From contig CAXLNC010000137.1 of NCBI GenBank assembly GCA_964187785.1, positions 1-64,000 on the forward strand: 64,000 nucleotides of DNA. Reading direction: 5' to 3'. Shown piece after piece: positions 1-10,596 of the stretch (its first letter is position 1; every line of letters starts with the position of its first letter). Both the position numbers and the translations under genes were made by a program. The stretch comes from Amphiscolops sp. MND2022. Taxonomy: Eukaryota. A model generated the notes under the pieces. It was not told where the DNA came from and made no database searches. It saw nothing but the letters and a program-made list of their open reading frames with translations.

Positions 1-103
1 CTTTTGACTGGTTTTTGACTCTGTTTTGGACTTTATGGCCTCTCGCGCTGAGAGGCCCCGGAACTGATTTCGGACTCTTTTGCCCCTTTGGCCCCGAAGG
101 TAA

Positions 104-404
104 GGTTGCGAACCCTCCAACCCCTTACAGCATTCAAAAATGCCCCGAACCCCAAGTTTGTCCAAAAGTTGTCCTGACAATTGTTTTTCGGGGTTCCAAT
201 CAGGGGGACCCAAATGTGTCAGAAATTTGTCAAAAATTGTAAAATTTGTCTGAAAACTGTCGTTTTTAAATTTTTCGACCAATTTTTGACAAATATAGGT
301 CCCCCTGATTGGAACCCCGAAAAACAATCGCTGGGACAAATTTTGGACCAATTTCGGGTTCTGGGCATTTTTGAATGCTGTAAGGGGCCGGAGGGTTTGC
401 AACC
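104..404. mobile_element. Foldback/MITE-like palindromic repeat, family A copy 1
   Basis: Long inverted arms (GGTTGCGAAC...CCCCTTACAGCATTCAAAAA / TTTTTGAATGCTGTAAGGGG...GTTTGCAACC); a related copy lies at 1889-2187. Confidence 0.7.
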
Positions 405-1888
405 CGAAGGGCCCAAATGACCCCTGTAGCAGGGCCAGAGAATATCAAACAACATGTTTATGTTTATTGGTTTCTTGCCCAATCAAGACGTAAATGAGCA
501 CTGTTTAGAAACCCTCAAGCCGTACAACTTGTCTAAGAATCGGGACCGGAAAAAGGGGTCATTACGAAAGGGGTCTTTTCACTCGAGGAATCTGACTCTC
601 TCGACTCTCTAGAATCTCTAAATTCTCTAGAACCTCTAGAAAATGGACTTTTTTGAAAAGACCCCTTTTCCAAAAGACCCCTTTTTCTGAACCCGAAAGA
701 AGTACTGCAGTACGCCTCCAACTCGTACCACAGTACGCCCCCCATATGTAATGCTGTGCCTTGCTGACTTCTAGACCTTAAAGAAAGGGAAACACCGCAG
801 TGCACCTCCTGTTTGCACCGCAGTGCGCTATTTGTGCCACAGTACGCCTCTCATTTGTACCAGCAATACTTTTGGGAAAATACCAGTGGTTGGGGATTCC
901 GGAAAGCTCCTGAATAAATGGAAGCGTAGCAGCACTTTCGTCAAGAACCCCCCTGGCGCTACAGATGTTGCTAAATTAAATCGCCTTATGTTTTTCAGAC
1001 ATCGCACCCTTAGGTGTTCTTTCCCACCACCTTCAGTGTGAAATGAAAAGCCCCCATTTAGTCGATTTTAGGTGAGATTTAGCCGATCTTTAGTGGGATT
1101 TCAGTCGAACTTTGTCTGATTTTTAGCCGATTTTGGCTAAGATTAGCCGATATTTTAGCCGAGATTCGCCGAGATTTTGCGTCCAAAATGCGGGATTTCT
1201 TTGATAAAATCAAGGTGGCAGAAAGAACACGCAAGCACCCTATGCTGGGTCCAACAAATTGCAGATCCCAGATCGCAGCGTTTCAATTCGCAGACTCGGT
1301 TCGCAAGGCTTTCCCGCAGTTCCGCTGTTCAGGAAACAAGAAGTCAGCAAAGATCATCCTCCTCCTCTCTGATTGCACCGAAACACAGTAAAAATAAGTG
1401 TTTTGGGAGCTTTTGCACCCCTGAAGAGAGTTGCCGAACTCTGATAACCTCTTGAACCCTCGACTTCTGGGTCTTTTCTCGTTTCCCCGAGCCGTAAATG
1501 AAAGCTTAATGCAGATCGCGCAAACTGAATTCGCAACTCTGATATTCAATTCGCAAAGGTTTCGCCCTCTCTGCTTTGTCAAAAGGGCCTCACTTCGGAA
1601 TAGGTTTCACTGAGAAGTTCGGATCGCAACGAATTCGATCAAGATATCAGCCACTTAAAATCGCCAGAAACGAAGCATTAGGACCCTATGATGCTACACT
1701 CCTCCAAACCCTCCCTATCTTGGCAATGTCCAAACGACCCCTGAGCCCGATACTTCTGCAAAAGTACCGTGATACAAATGGCAGGTGTATGCCATGCACA
1801 TGGGTGGTGTATATACTACTTCCAGCCAAGACGAGGGCATACTTTTGCAAGAGCATCGCGCAATAGAAATTTGGAAGGCTACTAAAGA

Positions 1889-2187
1889 GTTGCGAACACT
1901 TTTTCCCCTTACAGCATTCAAAAACACCCTGAACCCCAAATTTGTCCAAAATTTGTCCCAGCGATTGTTTTTGGGGGTTCCAGTCCGGGGGACTGAAATT
2001 TGTCAAAAATTTGTCAAAATTTGAAAAAAAAAAAAAAAACGACAATTTCGGACAAATTTTGACAAATTTTTGACAAATTTCAGTCCCCCGGACTGGAACC
2101 CCCAAAAACAATCGCTGGGACAAATTTTGGACAAATTTGGGGTTCAGGGTGTTTTTGAATGCTGTAAGGGGAAAAAGGGTTCGCAAC
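1889..2187. mobile_element. Foldback/MITE-like palindromic repeat, family A copy 2, with TSD-like flanks
   Basis: Near-perfect inverted arms of about 130 bp around an A-run; direct repeat TAAAGA at 1883-1888 and 2188-2193. Confidence 0.75.
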
Positions 2188-3373
2188 TAAAGAATACCTA
2201 AATCAGAGGGGTACCAAAATCAGAGTTTTTCGAGTGTGCTTTCGGGGCCCTTTCCTCCCACCCTTTTCCCCTCATTTCCCTCCTCTTTTACATCTTCAGG
2301 CCTTGTTCGCTCTCCCACCACTTCTCCCCTCTTCACTCCCCTTCATCCCCCCTCGTTTAGGCTCCCGGAAAAGTCCGATTTAGGTACCCCTCTAGTTTAG
2401 GTACTCTTTAGTGTCCTGCAGAGAAATGGGAGGTGCATCGCTATACTATTCAAAGGTATAGCGGTCAGGGGTTGATGTGACTCTCCACTAGCCCCAGGCA
2501 AGGTGGCCATCTGGCGGGAGCACGGGAGCTCAAGCTGTGCCCTGGAGGGTAGCACGCTAATGAGGGTGTGTTAAAGTAGCTAGTGTTTCTCAAATTGCGC
2601 TATACTTTGCCACTACGTACAGGATTCTCTCAAGAAAGTCTGGAATAAGTCCCGAAGTGCCTTCTTGGTGGGAATTTCGGCCCCGAAAAAAATATTCAGC
2701 CCCCCCCCCCCTCCAATTCCCCACGACACCCTCCCGGACCCCCTTGCCCCCCCACACCCTCCCTTGTGAGAGACCCCCCCCTCTGTGATTTTCAAAAAAA
2801 ACCGACCCACTCCCCCCTCCCTGTCGCCCCGGACTCCCCCTTCCCCTTCCCCCAAGCAGAAAAAAAAATATCCGAAGCGTCTACCAAGCCTTTTTCAGGA
2901 CTTTCCCAAACTCTGTAGTCCATTGACGTCGCCTTTGTGGAAGAGGGCGCACTGAAGCAGAAATCTGTGAACGCAAGCGCTTCTCACTGAAAGAGGGAAG
3001 AGTGAGGCATTCAGTAAATGAAGGCTTTGGTGAGGAACTCTACAGGAAAGGCAATTCATTAACGTCTGGGCCATTCAATGAACCACTGGGCTCTGAAGAT
3101 AGAAGTCCTCCGTGCGAATCCCCTTCATAAAACTCAACTCCTACTGTATGCCCAGACATGCAATCCTGCCAGATAGCAAAGAAAATGCCGAAAAATACCC
3201 ATAGTGTCCAGCATTTTGCTCTCCTTCTGCTCTTGTGGATCCTCACCACCCTCGCAGCACACCACTCTGAAAAGCACCGTCTGGAAAACATCATTTCAAT
3301 TCTGTATCTGTAAATACTAGATCATCTCTGTGAGAGAAGCAAGTCTGTCTGCAATAACTTTGTCCACAAAGGG

Positions 3374-3400
<27 letters not shown>
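3374..3400. repeat. (GT)n microsatellite
   Basis: Uninterrupted GT dinucleotide run. Confidence 0.95.
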
Positions 3401-3404
<4 letters not shown>

Positions 3405-3503
3405 TCTTCTTCGCTGTTGCACCTGGAGTCCTGGGGCCAGAGGTCCAAGGAGACTTCTTCAGACCCCTGCAGCTGGTCGGCACTACGAGTTATCATGGAA
3501 GAG

Positions 3504-3602
3504 TCAAGTGAGATGGGGGCAGGGTTGATCCCGAGACTCGGAGAGTAAGCTCCTGCCTCCGGCGTCATCTTCGAGCCAGTCATGCCATTCGTGCTTTTCC
3601 AC
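3504..3602 (-). CDS. Possible exon of an unidentified host gene (VEKHEWHDWLEDDAGG...)
   Basis: CAG|G acceptor at 3603/3602 and a protein-like 32-codon frame ending in TGA; no homology recognised. Confidence 0.25.
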   Translation of the reverse strand: MEKHEWHDWLEDDAGGRSLLSESRDQPCPHLT

Positions 3603-3716
3603 CTGGTGACAGAGAGGAGTCAGCATCGTGTGGGTGGAGGGAGAGATTTCCCAAGTGGCAAAGCAAAGAGTGTTCGACTGTGTTTTCGGAAATTGATCTG
3701 GCCCTTCCGAGGTAAA

Positions 3717-3964
3717 NNNNNNNNNNNNNNNNNNNNNNNNNNNNNNNNNNNNNNNNNNNNNNNNNNNNNNNNNNNNNNNNNNNNNNNNNNNNNNNNNNNN
3801 NNNNNNNNNNNNNNNNNNNNNNNNNNNNNNNNNNNNNNNNNNNNNNNNNNNNNNNNNNNNNNNNNNNNNNNNNNNNNNNNNNNNNNNNNNNNNNNNNNNN
3901 NNNNNNNNNNNNNNNNNNNNNNNNNNNNNNNNNNNNNNNNNNNNNNNNNNNNNNNNNNNNNNNN
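3717..3964. other. Assembly gap (N run)
   Basis: Run of N. Confidence 1.
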
Positions 3965-5342
3965 ACCAAACAGATCAAGAGCTGGGTCCTGGAATGGTCC
4001 AGAGAGAGAGAGAGTTCTGAGACATTGTCTCTATGTGTTTGTTTTTGTTTCTCTGCAAGCAGGCATAATCAAAGGTTTTGATCTCTTGCCAATCCGACTT
4101 CTTGTGGCCCCGTGAAGAAGAATGTTGATGTTGCCTCTTCCTCGCTGGCATCCTCCCACCTTTCACATGCACAGGAACGCGCACATATCCGCAAGACTGT
4201 TTGAAGTTGGCTTTGTGGACAAAGTTCTAGTACCAGAACTGAGGTACTTTCAGAACAGAAGCTCTTGCCGAATGCTTCTAGGTGTCTCCTGTTGGGCCCC
4301 TTTTGTGTCACGCACGAACCCCAAAGCTCCATTGAGCTTTGTTGAGAACAAGCAAACCAGGTGGAACTAAGCTCTATGAAGTCCAATGAGGATCCAACAC
4401 TAGGCAACGCTCCACTCAGAAGAATGTAAAGTTCTGATATTTTGCAGGGTCTTTTTACTCACGTGCTCTTTGCATTTTGTCCGCTGACGATTTGGGCGAC
4501 TTCTCTGGGATTCTGTAGAAATCGCCCAAATCGTCGGCTGACAACATGCACAGAGCATGCGAGTAAAAAGATCAGACCTTCAATGGTTAGAAGTTGACTT
4601 TCTCCAGGTCCACTTCTGCCCAGAAATTCGGTGCACTTACAGATGGTCCCAAAAAACCGTATCCCTCACAGGGGAAAATGCGCAATACATGGGCCACAAG
4701 AGCGGCCCGACGGGAGGCACTGAAGTGCTCTTTTGTCCTTTCGCACACAACAAGGCGTGACCCTTGCTGACTTCCTCTGCTGGTTGCCATATGTGGCCTT
4801 AATGGTGTTTTCATATTCTTACCTCGGCCTTATCCCTTGCAGATGTCGACCCCCTCAAATATGCCATTCTGAAAAGCACTGTTTGAGAAGCACCGAGTCA
4901 TGCTGTGAACTACATGCTGTCTCACATCTCACAATGGACATCCCAATCACAACCTATAACCTGATCGCCAGTGAATGGCGCCCTGTCTCAAGGCATGCAC
5001 CTGGACCTGCGGATGGGGGTCGTTAGAAGATTTTAAACGCCTCATCATGATCTCACCGGGACTCTCTGAGACGCATCACTCGATCTGAGCTCACTCAGAA
5101 CTAATGTCTTTGTTTCTTGGGCATCTTGGGCATCAAACATAGTACACTTTCAGGCAAAGTGAGGTATTTCCAACAAGAAGGGGTCTTTTCAGAACGGAAT
5201 CTGCTGGTCTGAGGCAAAATGAGGCTCATGATTTTCATGAAGTGGTGTTGCCACAGAATCGCCCCCACCGATTACAATTGAAATCCGTAAGCTGCCTTAT
5301 AAGTGTTTCTGCATGGGGAAGAGCAGCTCATCTCCCCTTTCT

Positions 5343-5568
5343 TCAGCACCTCTTCCTATAATCCAACCTGAAACGTGGCTGGTTCACCCGCAAGGCAAGT
5401 TCGCAGACCACTTCTGAATCTCCTGATTCGTATGAGCTTTCCTGGTTCTTCCCTTTAGAACCAGGGCAAGAGTCAGAAAGTTCATATGAACCAGGGGTTC
5501 AGATGTGGTTCCTGAACTTTCATGTTAACGAGCCATATTTCAGATTGGATTGTAGGGAGAGGTACTGA
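5343..5568. mobile_element. MITE-like element with 31-bp imperfect terminal inverted repeats
   Basis: 5343-5373 versus the reverse complement of 5538-5568 match at 27/31 positions. Confidence 0.6.
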
Positions 5569-8238
5569 TTATGTACTGCAAATTCCGTGGGCTTTGGACC
5601 ACAGAATGGAGTTTGGAGCTGCCCTTACAGGCTCTGGTGGTTCTGGCCCCCAAAATATCTCAGAAAGTGGGGTTACCAGAGATTCGTGCCCACTAGTTCG
5701 TGAACTGTGAGTGCGCTGTAAGCAACCTGTAAGGTGACCTGTAAGCTGTTTCTAAGGGGAAAAGCGCTGCACCCAGCCTCCTTTCAGGTGCACATATTAT
5801 GGTACGCCAGGGGTTTGGCTACAAACAGAGGCTCTAAGGACCTCCTTAAAGGCTCTGGTGCCCATCCTTCGCTAATATCCACATTATCTGCCATGATCGC
5901 GCATGATCTGTCTGAGGCTCTAGGGTAAAGACCCAAGAGCCAAGAGATATAAGTGCCGAGGGGATGAGCTTGTCATGGTCTTCCCCCATCCACATCCAAG
6001 ATCAGAGTAGAATGAGCCCGGTCTAGCCGGAGGCCCATGTCATCAGAATTACCGTGTAGATATTCAGCGTGGCGATGCCTGCAGATTCTCGTTGTGAAAC
6101 AAAAGTTTTCATTAGTGCTTGACATCGCGGTAGAAATTAAGAGAACAAGTTTAATCCAGTGCTGGTACTGAGAGGAATTGTGCTCTTCCTATGAGGTCGC
6201 CAGACCCCAGCCCAGTACTGGATAAAAATCGTGCACCCATGGATCCAAACATTTTGGCCGGCACTGGGGCTGGGGTCTGGAGAAAGGCCCCTATGGAATT
6301 TCCAGACTCCAGTTCTGTACTGGATGACTTTCAGTCTGTAAGAAACTGGTACAACGTTCCAGCGAGAGATTTTAAGCAGCTGAAGGAGGCTCATCAAGGG
6401 CGCGCAAACCATAAAGTGCAAACTGTGAACTGAAACACTGGAATTTTCGAGGCTGAAAGTTCCTAATTCACGGTTTGCACTTCACGGTTTAGCCCCTCCC
6501 TGATTCACGGTTTGTGCGCCTTTCTTGCCTCTAATTCACGGTTTATGCACCTTTTTTATGCCGCTCTTGACACCTGTCTCGACAGCCCCTTTTTTGCCAG
6601 CCTCTCAATTCACGGTTTGCACTTCACGATTTACACCCCTCGAGCTCAAACATTTTAAGGGACATTTCGTGGCATGTTTTAAGGCACGAAAAATCATCCC
6701 AAAGTTTTCTTGTATAAAGTTTTTCCACATCCGGGACGTCCCTAACCAAATCCCGGCCAATCCCTGTCTAAACCAACAGAAAAAAGCCCACTTGCATAAA
6801 GTTTTTGTCCGGGATATCCCGACGTCTGGGTCCCGGATGTCCCAGGAATATCCCGCCCAAAAACTTTATGTTTAGGCTGCTTTTCCGTTCCTGATGTTTG
6901 GCATTTTTGAACCACTTTCTGATTCGGAATCTAAAACCTTTCAGGTCAATTTCGTTGTGCAGAGGTGCCACCAGAACGGATATCGCATTCGAATCCCATG
7001 AAGAGGTACGTCGCCTGAACATCATTCCAGAACAATTTCTGTGATGTCATCCTTATGTTGCGTCGCCCAAGCTTGATTACCCAAACATAAGGTGCTGTAA
7101 CATAATAGCTTTTGGGCAGATTGTAGCAGAGTACGCGGGCAAATTTGATACGCCCACACCCATTAAAACAAAAAAAAACTCCCTTCTAGGGGTGGGAGGT
7201 GTACACAAGAGGGGGGAGGCGTATGAAATTGCTGCTGCGGGGGGGCTTCAAGATAGACACACCCCACCCCTCCCTTGAAAAATGCCTTATCGTCAGACAT
7301 GGGACGGCGTATATCGTGTCTGGGTCACCGCTCACCAAATGTTGCAAATATTCGCAAAGATGGCCACAAAACTTCAGTAAAAATGACGTTTTTTAGCAGG
7401 AGAAGAATTGGGAACATAGCGGTCGGGAGGGGATTCGTACATTCCTCCTTTTTCCGAATTCAGGTCATTTCCCCTAGAAAAATAGCAAAATTCAGTTTGA
7501 ATTTCTGGCCAGTAAGGGTTCACGAAAAGCCTTCTTTTCGCTGTGTTCCCGATACGTTTTTCGTTAAGTTTCGCCTCCAAAAATGCGCCAAACACGGCGC
7601 ATTTTGGGTTGTCAATCTTCTTTATTTTTCCATCGCTTCCCTTGATTTCCAGTTGTTTCTTGTGCTTCTCAGCTTTTTTGGCGCCCAGGTGCTGACGGGT
7701 GGGCCTAATTTCTTCCTGAGGAGACTCCCTGGATGGAGGCGCTCGACTCACTTGCCACAACGCCATGACTGGGAGGGCGCTTAATGGTACGTGCTTAACG
7801 GCACACGCAAGAAACAGCGAAAAACAGCGAAAAACTGCGAAAATTGGACTCTGGAATCAGGAGTCGCCCCGGCAAACCACGCCAAAGAAAGGGCCAAAAC
7901 GAAAAGTTCATGAATTTCGCCCATTTTTGTGTGAATTCTGGTATTTTTCCTTAGGAAAACAAGCACGATTCACATTGAACTTTTGTTCCGGAAAATGCCC
8001 CGGGAAAAGTTCACGAACAGGCCTTGCTTTGGTTTGGTTTGCCGGGGTGACTCCTGATGGAAGTTCCTAGCAAGCAGCAGAAAACAGCAAAAAACGGCGA
8101 AAAACTGCAAAAACCTGCCGGCAGTTTCCGGCGAGTACCATCAGCCGTGTTGTTGTTCCATTTAATTTAATTTTTTTTATTTAAGTTCCCTCTGAATGAC
8201 TCCAACCACCTCCTCGGACTCATCAAGTCTTTCACTGC

Positions 8239-8310
8239 CTCCAGGAGTGCATCCCTGAGAGCATAGACATCACCATTGCACACCTGAACTTTCTGCTCCA
8301 GCTTGTCGAC
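8239..8310 (-). CDS. Probable internal exon of an unidentified host gene (VDKLEQKVQVCNGDVYALRDALLE)
   Basis: CAG|G acceptor, GAG|GC donor (GC donors are common in dinoflagellates), 24 open codons of helical, protein-like composition. Confidence 0.4.
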
Positions 8311-9964
8311 CTGGTATGGTTGGGACAGGGACTGCGCTCACCAACCGCACCGAAATCGTTAACAAGTGCCTTCCTCCCCCAAAATTTGTTTGTAATTTTT
8401 GCAGAACTTTACACGAGAGCAGTCCCAGGTGATGAATTTGTGGAATTTGGGGAGTGAATAATGTGGACTTTTGGTGGCATATGTTCTGTCAATTTTCCCC
8501 AGGACAAATAGGCTTAAAATTTGTCACTGAAAACTTCACCACATTCTTCAATGCAAGAAGAGAAGTTTGTCACCTGGAGCTCACTCTGCGAGCATCCTCG
8601 CCTGAGAAAAAAAAAAAAACCTAGGCCCTCGTGTCCGTAATTTTTCCGCCCGCACTTCTAGGGCCGGAAACTGCTGCGCCAATTTTATGGGCGCCTGGGA
8701 CTTTTGGGTTCCTTCTGAGGGGAGATCTCCATACCCATAAAGTACTCGTTTTTGTGGTGGGGGGCAACTTTTTGGTTTTTCTGGGGGCGGGAAGTGCCAA
8801 TTCTCTTTTTATTCGCGCGGCTGAGAGATGTTATTTTTAGGAAATGTTATTTTTAGGGTGTTCGTCTGGTAGAAGGATGTCTGGGACTGCCAGGCATTTT
8901 CCCAAACATTTTTCGAACTGTGATTTTCCCTAGGAAACAAAGGAAAAGAGGACAAGAACCTGAGCTCACAGACTTGACCTGGAAGTCGCAGACATCATCC
9001 TCCTAGACATCTGCGACCACCCGATTTAGTAGTTCCTGCAAGCAAACCTAACAGATCCACAAATTTCAGAGCCAATCATTTTGTGATTAAGAAGTGGACC
9101 AATCATCGCATCGCCAAATCGGCCAGGTTTACGAACTTTGTTCGGGAGCCAGGGTTTAACCTAAACTCCTACCTTTTCCAGCGAAACCACCGCCAAATTC
9201 AGAAGAAAAATGGGTTAGTAAACCTTTTCGTCCTTGACGCGCTTTGGGGATGTGATGGTGGGTCCGGTTTTTAGTGATGTAGACAAAACTAGGATCTGCC
9301 AAAAAATAAACTTGTGCATTGTGAAGATTATGGGGTTGAAGGAATTGTGGCGAACCTGAGGGCAGCAAACGCCCATCTGCGGTTTTCTGCAGTCCTGCTG
9401 TTGTCTGCGAAGATCTGCAAAGATCTTCTCTTGGGTTCTTCCCTATTATTCAGAACATATACACTAAACAACTACAATGGGAACAGATGACTCTTTCCAC
9501 CAGCATGGCGCCTGGGCAATTCATCAGTGTTGCGGGGAATGTCCGCTTGTCATGTGACATGCATACATGTATGCACTGCAATTGCTGGTAGTTCGCGATC
9601 TATCTCCATTCTCCGTCCATCTTGCCCTCCACTTCTCCATGCCCACTTGGAGCAAATCTCTTTATTTTCATGTCAAGCACCTGTTTTCATGCTAGAGGAA
9701 CGCCGTCTCCTATGTTGACAGCGTGTCAACCAAGGAGCTCACGAGGGAACTGCATGAGCCCCACACTATTGGACTACTTTTGTTGCTGCGAGAGGGGTTG
9801 TGAGCAACTCTTGCTATTGGGCAAATTCCCTTCGAAAACAAGGAAGAAGGGAGAGCTTTGCAAGCACGCCCCCCCCCCCCAAAAAAAATACTAAGTCTTT
9901 TCAGGTCACCCCACTGGCCAGCCTGTCACCCCTCACTTCTTGGACTGGATGCGCTTAAAATACT

Positions 9965-10050
9965 TCCCTCCTCAGAGACAGAGAGAAAGAGAGAGACTTA
10001 GAGAGACAGAGAGACACATACAGAGAGAGAGAGAGAGACAGAGACAGAGA
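9965..10050. repeat. Imperfect (GA)n-rich microsatellite
   Basis: AGAGAC/AGAGAG runs. Confidence 0.85.
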
Positions 10051-10051
10051 T

Positions 10052-10233
10052 TAGGGAACGAAAAATCAGCCCGAAGTTTTTCAGACCGAAGTTTTTTCGT
10101 GGACGTCCGCGCGGCATGTCCGTGCCAAAATGCTTGTTTTTCCAGCATTGGGAGGGCCTGACCGAAGTTTTTGGCCGGATGTCCGCAGGGACGTCCGGCC
10201 GAAAACTTCGGTCTTTGGGCTGATTTTTCGTTT
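10052..10233. repeat. Interspersed repeat family D (AATCAGCCCGAAG...GGACGTCC...), copy 1
   Basis: Related copies at about 56308-56488 and 61791-62020; internal inverted repeats. Confidence 0.7.
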
Positions 10234-10307
10234 CTGAGAGATGGAGATAGAGATGGAGAGAGAGAGATGGAGAGAGCAGGACAGCACCTTAGGTCCTACA
10301 CCTCCAC

Positions 10308-10460
10308 CTCCAGCTGCTCAAGGCCACATACAAAGCGATGGTTCCCTCCAGAGACTTTCGCAACCTTCCCTTGTTGCAATGCCTTCTTACCAGACAAAGC
10401 AATGAAGGCAGGGATGACCAGATCCAGATATCCCGTGCAGCTTACATGTTGGCCCGGCCC
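10308..10460 (-). CDS. Possible internal exon of an unidentified host gene (GPGQHVSCTGYLDLVIPAFIALSGKK...CGLEQLE)
   Basis: AG|G acceptor, GAG|GT donor, 51 open codons; no homology recognised. Confidence 0.35.
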
Positions 10461-10479
10461 CTCTGCAGAAATGTGTCGG

Positions 10480-10596
10480 TGCTAAGCTCGAGCAAGCTTC
10501 CCTTTATCCACGAAGCTCAGAAGCTTGAGCCACATGTCAAAGCACGCAGCACAAGCTTGTCTAAGGTCAAGCTGAGGAAGAAGCTTCCTCTTAGCA
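10480..10596 (-). repeat. E1 3' LTR (117 bp)
   Basis: Direct repeat of 18112-18228 with 3 transitions; terminal inverted TGCTAAG/CTTAGCA. Confidence 0.95.

Noticed and set aside
3580-4115. ORFs spanning the N gaps (also 23799-24266 and 45817-46599)
   Set aside because: They are open only because N codons are not stops.
5343-5710. WIIGRG / WIVGRG translations resembling a KH-domain GxxG loop on both strands
   Set aside because: They are the two arms of one 31-bp inverted repeat, not exons.
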